From: the human T2T-CHM13v2.0 reference genome, Homo sapiens
NCBI RefSeq assembly: GCF_009914755.1
Contig: NC_060947.1
Reading direction: 5' to 3' (one strand)
Length of the DNA stretch: 64,000 nt
The first letter of the stretch is position 1. Every line of letters begins with the position of its first letter. The position numbers were made by a program, and so were the translations under genes. Shown here piece after piece: positions 30,427 through 49,900 of this stretch. The notes beneath the pieces were generated by a model, which saw nothing but the letters and a program-made list of their open reading frames with translations, was not told the origin of the DNA and ran no database searches.

Positions 30427-30591
30427 AAGAATAAAATTGTACAAAGTGTCTTCTCAACAAGAATAGAATGCATCCAGAAATAAATAACAGAAGGGAAACT
30501 GGAAAATGTACACATTTGTGGAAATTAAACGAGACATACATAAAGGACCAATGGGACAAGAAAAATCACAATGGGAATTGAAAAACATTTA

Positions 30592-33563
<2,972 letters not shown>

Positions 33564-34334
33564 TAAAGATAAATGGAAACAAAAACACAACATCCCATAA
33601 CTTATGGAGTGCAGTGAAAATAGTCCTCAGCGGGAAATATATAGCTGTACACTTAGAACAACTAGAACAAAAATGAGCAAACTAAACTGAAAGTTAGCAG
33701 AGGGAAGGAAATAAAAAGTTAGGGTAGAGATTGTAAAAGAAATAATAGAAAAACAAGAAAGAGAATAAGTGAAATCAAAGTTGGTTCTTTAAAAAACCAA
33801 CAAAATTGACAAGCCTTTAGTTGGACTGACAGAAATGAAAGTGAGGAAACAAATAACTAAGTTCTTAATCATAAATGAGTACATTACTACCAACCTTACA
33901 GTAATGAAAAGCATCATGAGTATTCTATAAACAATTGTATACCAACAAATTAGATAATTCAGATGAAACAGAGAAATTCTTAGAAGCACAAAAATTACTT
34001 AAAGTGATTTCAGAAAAATTAAAAAATATCAACGGTGCTCTACTATGTAGAGAAATTAAGCCAGTAACCAAAATCTCTTAATTAAGTAAAGCCCAGGACC
34101 AGAAGGTCTCAATGTTGCATTCTATCAAACATTTTAAAAGAATACTTCTAAAACTCTTCCAAGATATTACCTAACCCATTCTAGGAGACGAGCATTACCC
34201 TGACACCAAAGATAGATAAAGCCTTCACAAGAAAAGATAATTGCACACCAATATCCTTTAGTAATATATATACATGCAAAAAGCCTCAGTAAAATACTAG
34301 CAAACAGATTTCAATAGCATATTTAAAGAATTAG

Positions 34335-34689
<355 letters not shown>

Positions 34690-35707
34690 CCAATGAAATA
34701 TTTTTAATCATAAGAAAATCAATGTAATATTACACATAATATATCAATGAGAAAAAAAAGATTAACTCAATTGATGAAGAAAAGGCATTTATTTGACAAA
34801 GTGCAACACCTTTTCATATTATAAATACCCAGAACACTAGGAATGAAAGTATACTTCTTCAACATATTAAAGAGCATTTATGAAAAACACACAGCTATCA
34901 TCATACTCAATGGGGAAGAAAAGGAAACAATTCCCTTCCAAAATCAGGAACAAGACAGGAATGCTCACTGTAACTACTGTTACTCAACATTGCACTGTAA
35001 GTTCTAGCCAGATACATTAGACAAGAAAAAGAAATAAAAGCCATCCAACCTGAAAAGAAAGAAGTAAAACTATCTCCAGTTGCTGAAGACAAGATCTTAT
35101 ATACGGAAAAATACCAAAGCATTCACAAGAGAATTACTAAAGCTAATTAACAAATTCAGCCAAATTTTAGGGTGTAAATCACTTGTGTTTCTAAACACCA
35201 GTAATGCACAATCCAAAAGGAATATGAAAAAGCAATTTCATTTATAATAACCTCTAAAACATAAAAATACCTAGATATACATTTAAGCAAGAAGGTGAAA
35301 GATGGTACAATGAAAACTAGAAAACACTGCTGAACTAAATTCAACAAGACCTAAATATATGGAAAAAAGCACAAATTCACAGTAGAAATACTTAATTTTG
35401 TTGAGATGTTAACACTACTCAAACAATTTCTAGATTCAACACAATCCCTATCAAAGTTTCACCAATAGTTTTTTTGCAAATCTAGACAATCTAATTCTCC
35501 AATTTATGTGTAATTACAAGGAGCCCCAAATAACCAAAACAATAAAGAAGAACAATGTTGCATGATTCCCTCATTTAAATTTCAAAACTTACTACAAAGT
35601 TGTATTAATAAAAACAGTGTAGACCTGGCAAAATAATAGGCATATAGACCAACAGAATATAATTGAAAGTCATGTAATAAATGTATGAATCTATGTCCAA
35701 TTGACAA

Positions 35708-35840
35708 TTTTTTTTTGTAGATATAGGGTCTCATTCTGTGGCCTTGGCTGTGGTGCAGTAGTACAATCATAGGTCACCAAAGTCTCAAACTCCTAAGATC
35801 AAGTGATCCACCTATCTCAGCCTTCTGAGTAGCTGGGATT
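35708..35840 (-). mobile_element. Alu monomer (FLAM/FRAM or AluJ arm)
   Basis: T-run followed by AGGGTCTCATTCTGTGGCC...CAAGTGATCCACC...CTCAGCCTTCTGAGTAGCTGGGATT. Confidence 0.75.
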
Positions 35841-36017
35841 TCCACATGCAAAGGAATGAAGTTGGACCCCTACCTCACACGATATACAAAAATTATCTCA
35901 AAATGTATAATAAAGGCATAAACATAAGAGCTAAAATCATAAAATTCCTGTAAGAAAACTTAGGAGTAAGATATTTATGACCTTAGATTTGGCAATGGAT
36001 TTTTCAGCATGACACCA

Positions 36018-36409
36018 TATTGGTTTGCTAGGGCAATTGTAACACAGTACCACAGATTGGGTGGCTTAAATAATATAAATTTATTTTTCACAATTCTTCA
36101 GAATAGAAGTCTGAAATCAAAGTGTCATCAGGGTTGGTTTCTTCTGAGGCCTCTCTCCTTGGCTTGTAAATGAGTGTCTTCTCCCTGTGTCTTCACATGG
36201 TATTTTTACTGAGTGTGTCCAGATCATAATCTCCTCTTCTTATAAGGACACCAGTTTTACTGGATTAGGTCCCAACCTAATGACCTCATTTTACCTTAAT
36301 TACCTTGTTAAAGAACCTATCTTCAAAAAGAGTCATATTCTGAGGTAATAGGTGTTGGGGCTGCAACATATGATTTGGTGGAGGAGATGTGGAATTTTAG
36401 CCAATAACA
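36018..36409 (-). mobile_element. MLT1 (MaLR) solo LTR, MLT1A/B-like
   Basis: TATTGGTTTGCTAGGGC...GTACCACAGATTGGGTGGCTTAAA...TTATAAGGACACCAG...AGCCAATAACA. Confidence 0.85.
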
Positions 36410-38456
36410 GACAACAAAAGCATATAAACAGGAGAAAATAGAAATGTGACTTTATCAAAAGTAAGCACTTTTGTGTATAAAGGGACATTATCAAGAAGGT
36501 AAAAAGACTGTTCACAGAATGAGAGAAAATATTTGCAAATCATATAGCTGATTATGGTTTAATATCCTGAATATACAGAGATCTGCTGCAATTCAACAAC
36601 AAAAGACAAATGTTTCAGTTACAAAATGGGCAAAATACATAGATGGACATTTCTTCCAAAAATATATACAAATGACTGATAGGAACATGAAATGATGCTC
36701 AACATCAGTCACTAAGAAACTGCAAATCAAAACCACAGTGACATACTACTTCACACCAGTAGGATAGCTATAATTATAAACAACAGAAAATAACAAATGT
36801 TGGCAAGGATGTATAGAAATTATTACCCTTGTATGTTGCTTACTGGAATGTAAAATGGTGCAGTCACACTGGAAAGTGGTTTGGAGTTTCTTCAGAAAGC
36901 TAAACATAGACTTACAATATGACCTACCAATTCTATTCTTATCTGTATACTCAAAAGAAATGAAACTAGAGACTCAAAGACAGACTTGTTTGACAATATT
37001 CATCGCCACATTATTCACAGTACCCAAAATACGGAAACAACCCAAGTGTTCATCAACAGATGAATAGATGAACAACATATGGTATATTCATGCAAATAAA
37101 AATTATTCAACCATTAAAAATAATGAATTACTGATGCATGTTACCACATGAATAAACCTTGGGAACATTATGCTAGGTAAAATAAAACAAACACTAGTGG
37201 CCATATTTAGTTTGATCCCATTTATACAAAATGTCCAGAATAGGCAAATCCATAGAGTGAAAACAGACATTGAGTTCCTACAAAACTGATGGGTTTTCTT
37301 TGCTAGTGGAAGAGATCTCACAGCCTCCAATGGAAGCAGACTCCCCACTCAGTGGCAGTAATATCCCCAAATCTCTCCATTCCCAGTAGTATAAGATTTT
37401 ACACCCATCTCGGTTTGAGGAAATTAACTCTGCATTGACTGAGAAAACTGTAATGGGCTTCACTGAGGCAATTTTCATGCAAGACAATGCTGCTTCCTTT
37501 CAGGATCCACCCCACTACATTTTTTGCTTCTAGATCTATAACTAGACTCAAGTACCAGCGGGTCCCTAAAGGTGAGGTATATAGTATGACCAGTGAAGAG
37601 GTGTGCCACACTCCAAAATAACTACTTGAATTTTTCTAATTTATACATACAGAAATCTGGGGAATATGTGTGGGAGTAAATTCTAAGGGTATGAAATAAT
37701 GAAAGGAACACTAAGTTGAATCAGGCTGAATTTATTGGTATGGGATCATTAAGCTGAGATTCTGGATTTAATGTTGTAGCTAGGAGAGTTAGAAAGTGCT
37801 CTAACAGTTTGCTCGATCAGGTGAAACATGGACCCAAAGGTGCCCACAATGAGTGATTAGGAAATGCTAGCCCTGACTTCCTTTAATGAAAGGAAATCAA
37901 AGGCTTATGGAGATTGAAATGTTACAGTGTATTTGTCATTAAGACCTACTCATCCACAATAGGAGGGTCCAGAAGACATAAGTTTCACCAATACTTCAAG
38001 AAATAAGTTGATAAGGGGGACCCAGCATCCTTAAAGAGCTGCATGATTGCTTTTCTCTGTAGGCAGCAGTTTCCATTGTTACAAAAATGGAAACTGCTGC
38101 CACTTAATTGGAAACCCTAAATGCAATGGGATTAATTGGATTTTGGAGTGGCAGCACTCAACTGCCAAAAATAGGCGGGCATGGTTACTATAAAAGACAG
38201 CAGAGTCAAAACAACGATTATGAATAGACTCATACAGAACTATGGCATTGGCTCATTGATTATGGGATTTATAGAAGTGAAATAAATATGAAGGCTACTA
38301 AATTCTTATTTGAGCCATATAAACAAGAAAACTCTAAGTCAATTAAATAAAAGACTAACCTAAATCATGAAAAATGGAAATGTATCATCTCTCAATCGAT
38401 TCTCAGACTTGAGCCAGTTTACAGACCCAAAGCTCTTGAATAAAGGAGAGGTCAGG

Positions 38457-38695
38457 AGATCACACGGACACAGGAAGGGGAACATCACACTCTGGGGACT
38501 GTTGTGGGGTGGGGGGAGTGGGGAGGGATAGCATTGGGAGATATACCTAATGCTAGATGACGAGTTAGTGGGTGCAGCGCACCAGCATGGCTCATGTATA
38601 CATATGTAACTAACCTGCACAATGTGCACATGTACCCTAAAACTTAAAGTATAATAAAAATAAAAATAAAATAAAATAAAATAAAATAAAAAATA
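38457..38695 (+). mobile_element. Short 5'-truncated L1PA2-like insertion
   Basis: L1 3'UTR with GATGACGAGTTAGTGGG (GAG, not the Ta ACA) and an (AAAAT)n tail. Perfect 18-bp TSD AATAAAGGAGAGGTCAGG at 38439-38456 and 38696-38713. Confidence 0.95.
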
Positions 38696-41600
38696 AATAA
38701 AGGAGAGGTCAGGTCCCTGTGAGGAAGGACTCAAGTATCTAACCACAAATTTTTGCTGTTAATTTTTCTCTCAGACAAACCCAATGGGGCCTACAGGCTT
38801 TTTTAGAGTAACTGCATTGGAGGAAAGAAAATATTCAGATATCTCAGGGACTACTGGTCACTAGTTATGAATTGTCATTAATTTCAAGAGACCTAAAAAG
38901 TCACTGTGGCCTGCCAGAAAGAGTAGGAATTTATGGAGGTCAGTTTATCAATGGAGTTTTAACTCAGATCAGTCTCACAGTGGGCCCGTTGTTTTCCAGA
39001 AGCCATTCTGTGGTTATTTCCCCAGTTCCAGAATTGATAATTGGAATAGAGATACTCAGCAGCAGGAAGAATAATCATCTTGGTTTCCTGACTTATATAG
39101 ACTGAGGGCTCTTATGGTGGGAAAGGCCAAGTGAAAGCCACTTAAACTGCCTTTAATTAGGAAAATAGTAAACCAAAAGCAATACTGCCTTCCTAGAATT
39201 ATTGCAGAGATTAATGCCACCACCAAGGACTTGAAAGATGTAGGGATGGTGGTTCTCACCATATTTTCATTCAGCTCACCTATCTACCCTGTGCAGAAGA
39301 AAGTTGAATCTTGGAGAATTGCAGTGAATTATTATAAGCCTAACCAGGTGGTGACTCCAATTGCATCTACTATAACAGATGTTATTTCATTGTTTGTGCA
39401 AAGTAATACAGCCCCTGGCACCTAGTATGCAGCTATTGCTCTGGCAAAGGACTTTTTCTTCATTCCTGTCTATAAAGCCCATGAAAAGCAATTTGTTTTC
39501 AGCGGACAAGGCCAGAAATACAGCTTCATTGTTGTACCTTAAGAGTATATCAACTCTCTAGCCCTGTGTCATAACTTAGTTTGCAAGAATCTTGATCTCT
39601 TTTCCTTTCCATATCACACTGATCACACTGGTCCCTTACATTGATGGCATTATTCTGATTGGACTTAGTGAGAAGTAGCTACTCCAGACTTACTGGTAAG
39701 GCATTGTTCCAGAGGGAGATAAATAAATACAACAAAACTTCAGCCTTCTTCTACTTCAGTGAAATTTCTAGGGGTCCTGTTAAGATATTCCTTTTAAGGT
39801 GAAGAATAAGTTGTTGTATCTGACCTCTCCTACAACCATAAGGAATGCACTATGACTAGGACACCTCTGGATTTTGAGGCAACATATTTCTTCATTTGGG
39901 TATGTCACTCTGGTCCATTTACAGAGTGACCTAAATGCTGCTAGTTTTGAATGGGTCCAAGAAAAAAAAGAAGGCTCTGTAACAAGTCCAGGCTGCTTTG
40001 AAAGCTACTCTGACATTTGCATCATATGGTTCAGCTGATCCAATGATTCTAGAAGTGTCAATGGCAAGTAGGGATGCTCACTGGAGCATTTGGCAAGTCC
40101 CTATACGTAGACTATAGTACAGATGCAGGATTTTGGAGCAAAGTTCTGCCATCCTCCACAGATAACTACTCTTGTTTTGAGAAACAGCTTTTGGCCTGCT
40201 ACTGAGCCTTAATAGAAACTGAATGCTTGACCAGAAGCCACTAAGTTACCATGCAACCTGAGTTGTCCCTCTTGAATTGGTAGTAACCTGACCCACAATG
40301 TCATAAAGTTGGGCACACATAGCAAAATTCCATCACCAAATGGAAGAGATATATATATGTTCAGGTCCTAGCAGGCCCTGACAACATATGTAAATTATGC
40401 AAAGCAGCAGTCCAAATGTCCATGATCCCCACCCTTGTTACATTACCTTTTTTCCCCTGGCCTGCACCTATAACCTCATGAGGAGTTCCTTATAATCAAG
40501 TGGCAGAGGAAGAAAATACTTAAGCCTGGTTTATAGATGATTTGACATGATATGTAGGCACCACCCAAAAGTGGACAACTTCACTATAGCCACTCCCTGG
40601 GACATACTTGTTGGACAGTGGTGAAGGAAAATCCTCTCAGTAGGCAGAATTTTGGACAGCATACCTGCTGTGAACTTTGTGTGGAAGAAGAAATGGCCAG
40701 ATATGTGATTATATACTGATTCATGCACAAAGCCAATGGTTTGGCTGGATGGTCAGGAATTTAGAGAGATGATGATTGGAAAATTGATAGCAAAGAAATC
40801 TGAGGAAGAAGTATGTGGATAGACCTCTCTGAATGGGCAAAAATGTGAAGATATTTGTGTCATATGTGAATGATCACCAAAATGTGACCTCAGCAGAGGA
40901 AGATTTTAATAATCGAGTGAAAACGATGAACCATTCTGTGGTTACAAATTGATACTAGTCAGACTCTTTCCCCAGCCACCTCTGTTATTGCCCAATGGGC
41001 TTATAAACTAATTCTCCAGGGTAACAGAGATTAAGATTATGCATGGGCTCAGCAATATGGACTTCACTCATCTTGACTGACCTAGCTACAGCCACCGCTG
41101 AGTGCCCAATTTGCCAGCAGCAGAGAGCAACATTGAGTTCCATATATGGCCCTGATGTGGCACTATTTCTCAGGGTGATCAGCCAGCTACCTGGTGGCAG
41201 ATTAAATGCAGTAAACTGCTTCTATTAGGAAGAGAAAGCATTTTGTCCTTACTAGAACAGATAATTATTCTAGATATGACTTGCTTTCCTTGCATGCGAT
41301 ATTTCTGCCAAAACTACCATCCTTGGAATCACAGAATGGCTTTTCCACTGTCATGGTATTCCACACAATATTGCTTCTGATAAAAACATTTCACAGCAAA
41401 AAAAATATATAACAGTGGGCCAATGTTTATAGAATCCATTAGTTATGATGTTTCTCACCATTCTGAAGCAGCTGACTTGATAGAACAGTGGAATGACGGT
41501 TTGAAGGATCAATTACAGCATCAGCTAGGTGGCAATGTCTTGCAGGTCTGGCACAATGCTCTCCAAAAAGCTGTAGATATGCTTAATCAGTGTCCAATAT

Positions 41601-42259
41601 ATGGTGCTGTTTCTTCTATAGCAGGATCATTGGTCCAGGAATCAAGAGGTAGAAATAAAAGTGGTAGAACTCTCCATTACCCCTAGTGACCCACTAGCAA
41701 ATATTTGCTTCCTGTTACTGTAACTTTATGCCCTGCTTTCCTAGAGCTCTTAGCTCCAAAAGGAGAAATATTCCCACCAGGAGACACAACAATAATTTCA
41801 TTGTACTGGAAAGTTAAGATTGCCATCCAGCCACTTTGAACTCCTCTTTTGCCTCTGAATTAACAGGCAAAGAAGGGAGTTACTATGCTGGCTGTGTTGA
41901 TGGATCTTGACTAGCAAAAGAAGATTGGACTCTTACTCCACAATGGAGATAAGGAAAAGTATGTCTGGAATACAGGATATTTCTTAGGGCATCTCTTACT
42001 ATTACCATGCCCTGTGATTAGAGTCAATGGAAAACTAAAACAACCCAATCCAGGCAGATTGGCACAAAACCTTCAGGAATGAAGGCCTGGGTTACAACAT
42101 TAGGTAAAGAATAATGACCAGTTGTGGTGCTCGATAAAGGTAAATAACATATAGACTGGGTAAGAGAAGAGAATAATTAAAAATATCAGCTGTGATCATG
42201 TGACTAGTTACCAACTGAGGACTGTAACTGTCATGAGTATTCCTCCTTATTTGGTTATG

Positions 42260-42262
<3 letters not shown>

Positions 42263-42308
<46 letters not shown>
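42263..42308. repeat. (GT)n microsatellite, ~23 units
   Basis: Directly visible. Confidence 0.97.
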
Positions 42309-42314
<6 letters not shown>

Positions 42315-42724
42315 TATCAAATAACTATTTTCTTTCCTCTCTTATTTCTGTATCATGTAACATAAGATATATTGACTTCATATCATACCATCTAAGTATT
42401 GTTAATTTTACCTTATAGTATTTAAGTTACAGGATATGAAGAAAATGAATAAAAATAACTTAAGAACTTTGGGACAAAATTACTCTTCCTTTAGGAAAGG
42501 GGTTAGTGTGTTTTCAGTTATTCACAGTATTGCTGTATCATATTAGGAGATATTTTGACCCAGTATTGTCTTTATTTGGAAATTAAGTATGTTTTATAGA
42601 GATGCATATTATTGTCAAGATCACAAGGGGTGGACTTGTGATAGTTAATTTTATATGACAACTTGATTGGATCATGAGATGCCCAGATATCTGGTAAAAC
42701 AAATTAATTCTGGGTGTTTCTGTG

Positions 42725-43256
42725 TGTTGTATATTTTTATTTTCTGTATATCATGAAGTTTTGACACCATAAAAAAACCTTTCTGGCTGGGGAGAGACTA
42801 TTTCAGGGATAGACAATACTCAGAGATAGCAAAGGTCACAGATAGGGGCATCCCTTTGACATGCAAATTAACCAGAGCCATAACTTTTCTATCTGGCCCA
42901 CATACCTCAGGAGGCAATATTCTTCAGCCTTAAGTATCCTAAGACCAGATACCAGACAACTAGGGATCATGTCTATAGGCTAAAGCCTGCAAAAATTGTT
43001 CAAACTAGCCAATCTTAAACTGGTCATCCTCCACTGCCTTGCATTTCCCACAGAAACTCCAATAAGGGCTCCGACTAACACTCCTGTCTACTGCCTCCTG
43101 ACCACCCTAATGTCTTTACAATGTGGTTTCATGTGGTGTGCTATGCCACCTGTCTCTAGGACCTCTGAGTGTAACAAAGTTTGTTTTCTTCAGCCTCTCT
43201 TGTGTCTTCTTTTGTGGCCACACCTGACTGACCATCAAACAAAACAATACAAAACA
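42725..43256 (+). mobile_element. Solo LTR (LTR47-like) nested in MLT2
   Basis: TG...CA termini (TGTTGTATAT...CAAAACA) and an LTR body with TTCCCACAGAAACTCCAATAAGGGCT. MLT2 sequence resumes on both sides. Subfamily uncertain. Confidence 0.55.
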
Positions 43257-43392
43257 GTTTATGAGGTTATTTCCAAAAGAGATGAGCATTGGAAACAATA
43301 GACTAAGTAAAACCTATTGCCTTCCCCAATGTAAGTGGGCCTCATCCAGTCCATTGAGGACCTAAATCCTACAAAAAGGTGAAGAAAGGGAG

Positions 43393-43756
43393 ATCGTAGA
43401 GTTTGGCTGTGTCTCCATCCAAATCTTATCTTGAATTGCAGCTCCCATAATCCCCACATGTCATGGGAGGGACCTGGTGGGAAGTAACTGAATCATGAGG
43501 GCGGGTTTTTCTTGTGCTGTTGTTGTGATAGTGAAGAAGTCTCACAAGAACTAATTGTTTTATAAAGGGAAATTCCCCTGCACATGTTCTCTTGCCTACT
43601 GTCATGTAAGATGTGCCTTTGCTCCTCCTTCACCTTCCACCATGATTGTGAGTCCTCCGCAGCTATGTGGAACTGTGAGTCCATTAAACCTTTTTTTCCT
43701 TCATAATTACCCAGTCTCAGGTATTTCTTCATAGCAGTATGAAAATGGACTAATAA
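43393..43756 (+). mobile_element. THE1C/D-like MaLR solo LTR nested in MLT2
   Basis: GTTTGGCTGTGTCTCCATCCAAATCTTATCTTGAATTGCAGCTCCCATAATCCCCAC...CCATTAAACCT...GAAAATGGACTAATA. Confidence 0.9.
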
Positions 43757-44339
43757 AGGAGGATTCTCTCACTCTCTGCCTGAATGCTGGAGCTGAGACT
43801 TCAATTTTCTCCTGCTCCTGGTACTCCTGCTTCTCAGGGCTTCAGACTCAGATTGGAATCTGTAACTGGCTCTTCAGTCTCAGGGCTGTAAACTACACCA
43901 TCAAGGCCTTCAGCTTGCAGACAGCAGATTGTGGGACTTGTAAGCCTCCATAATAATGTTAGTTAATACCCTATATAAACTATAGATAGACATCTTCTAT
44001 TGGTTTTGCTTCTCTAGAGAATCTTGACTAATACAAGTATTTAATGTGATATGTTTCTTTTGGGATCATTCACCTACCCAATATTATAAACTTTATTCCT
44101 CTTACTCCCAGTGTTCTATCCATGTGCAAAATAGTTTTGATTAGAGTGATTTATCTTCTGAAGAAAAAATATAATTTTTGGAGCTTCACAGGGTTTACTG
44201 TTATTATACTTTTCAGTTCTCTTATGCCCATATACATTTGGTTTCTGCATTCTCTCACAATTTGAATATTCTTAAAGCTTTTTCCAATTTTATTGGTTCT
44301 ATGATTTGTAAGCCTGGGGATATTATCAATGTAGGGTCT

Positions 44340-46870
<2,531 letters not shown>

Positions 46871-46915
46871 CACACATAATTTCATTGTAGTTTGAGAATA
46901 TGATATATATGATGC

Positions 46916-49900
46916 TGTGGTGGTTAATACTGAGTGTCAACTTGATTAGATGGAAGGGTACCAAGTATTAATCCTGGGTACATCTGTGAGGAGGTTGCCA
47001 AAAGAGATTAACATTTGAGTCAATGGTCTGGGAAAGGCAGATACACCTATAATCTGGGTGGGCACAACCTAATCAGCTACCAGCACAGCGAGAATATAAG
47101 CCGGAAGAAAAATGTGAAAAGAGAGACTGGCCTAGCTTTCCAGCCTACATCTTTCTCCCATGCAGGATGCTTCCTGCCCTCAAACACAGGACTCCAAGTT
47201 CTTCAGTATTGGAACTTGGACTGGTTCTTCTTGCTTCTTAGCCTACAGACGGCCTATTGTGGGACCTTGTGATCACATGAGTTAATATTAATAAACTCCC
47301 ATATATAAATATATATATGGAACATCTACATGGAACATCTATATGGAACATCTACATGGAACATCTATACATGGAACATCTACATGGAACATCTATACAT
47401 GGAACATCTACATGGAACATCTATACAAGGAACATCTACATGGAACATCTATACATGGAACATCTATACATGGCACATCTATACATGGCACATCTATACA
47501 TGGAACATCTATACATGGAATATATACATACATGGAATATATATACATGGAATATATACATACATGGAATATATATATATATATGGAATATATACATACA
47601 TGGAATATATATATATGGAATATATACATACATGGAATATATATATGGAATATATACATACATGGAATATATATATACATGGAATATATACATACATGGA
47701 ATATATATATATGGAATATATATATACATGGAATATATATATGGAACATATATATGGAACATATATATATATGGAACATATATATATGGAACATATATAT
47801 GGAACATATATATGGAACATATATATGGAATATATATATGGAACATATCTATATATGGAACATATCTATATATGGAACATATCTATATATGGAACATATC
47901 TATATGGAACATATCTATATATGGAACATATCTATATGGAACATATCTATATATGGAACATATATATATGGAACATATCTATATATGGAACATATCTATA
48001 TATGGAACATATCTATATATGGAACATATCTATATATGGAACATATCTATATATGGAACATATCTATATATGGAACATATATATATGGAACATATATATA
48101 TGGAACATATATATATATGGAACATATATATATGGAACATATATATATGGAACATATATATATGGAACATATATATATATGGAACATATATATATATGGA
48201 ACATATATATATGGAACATATATATGGAACATATATATATATGGAACATATATATGGAACATATATATATATGGAACATATATATATATGGAACATATAT
48301 ATATATGGAATATATATATATGGAATACATATATGGAATATATATATATGGAATACATATATATGGAATATATATATATATGGAATACATATATATGGAA
48401 TATATATATATATGGAATACATATATATGGAATATATATATATATATGGAATACATATATATGGAATATATATATATATATGGAATATATATATATGGAA
48501 TATATATATATGGAATATATATATATATGGAATATATATATATATGGAATATATATATATGGAATATATATATATGGAATATATATATGGAATATATATA
48601 TATGGAATATATATATATGGAATATATATATATGGAATATATATATATGGAATATATATATATGGAATACATATATATGGAATACATATATATGGAATAT
48701 ATATATATGGAATACATATATATATGGAATACATATATATATGGAATACATATATATGGAATATATATATATGGAATACATATATATGGAATACATATAT
48801 ATATGGAATACATATATATGGAATACATATATATATGGAATACATACATATGGAATACATATATATGGAGTATATATATATGGAATACATATATATGGAG
48901 TATATATATATGGAATACATATATATGGAGTATATATATATGGAGTATATATATATGGAGTATATATATATGGTGTATATATATGGAATATACATGGAAT
49001 ATATATGGAATATACATATATATGGAATATACATATATATGGAATATATATGGAATATACATATATATGGAATATATACGGAATATACATATATATGGAA
49101 TATATACGGAATATACATATGGAATATATACATGGAATATATACATGGAATATATACATGGAATATATACATGGAATATATACATGGAATATATACATGG
49201 AATATACATGGAATATATATATGGAATATATATATGGAATACATATATATGGAATATATATATGGAATACATATATATGGAATATATATATGGAATACAT
49301 ATATATGGAATATATATATATGGAATACATATATGGAATATATATATGGAATATATATATATGGAATATATATATATGGAATATATATATATGGAATATA
49401 TATATATGGAATATATATATGGAATATATATATATGGAATATATATATATGGAATATATATATATGGAATATATATATATGGAATATATATATGGAATAT
49501 ATATATATGGAATATATATATATGGAATATATATATATGGAACATATATATATGGAATATATATATATGGAACATATATATATGGAACATATATATATGG
49601 AACATATATATATGGAACATATATATATGGAACATATATATATGGAACATATATATATGGAACATATATATGGAACATATATATGGAACATATATATGGA
49701 ACATATATATGGAACATATATATGGAACATATATATGGAACATATATATGGAACATATATATGGAACATATATATGGAACATATATATGGAACATATATA
49801 TGGAACATATATATGGAATATATATATGGAATATATATATGGAATATATATACACACATATATAATATATATATGGAATATATATATATACCCATTTATA

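Larger units (their letters stand above)
37280..42636 (+). mobile_element. Old ERV-L internal region (gag, pol, dUTPase-like), no 5' LTR, heavily stop-disrupted
   Basis: RT remnant FSSPIYPVQKKVESWRIAVNYYKPNQVV (39231-39425), integrase remnants (TATAECPICQQQR; HHSEAADLIEQWNDGLK), and PPT AAGGGGTGGAC just before the LTR. Confidence 0.9.
42637..44035 (+). mobile_element. MLT2 (C/D-like) 3' LTR of the old ERV-L, interrupted twice
   Basis: Starts TGTGATAGTTAATTTTATATGACAACTTGA right after the PPT and ends TCTCTAGAGAATCTTGACTAATACA. Confidence 0.85.
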
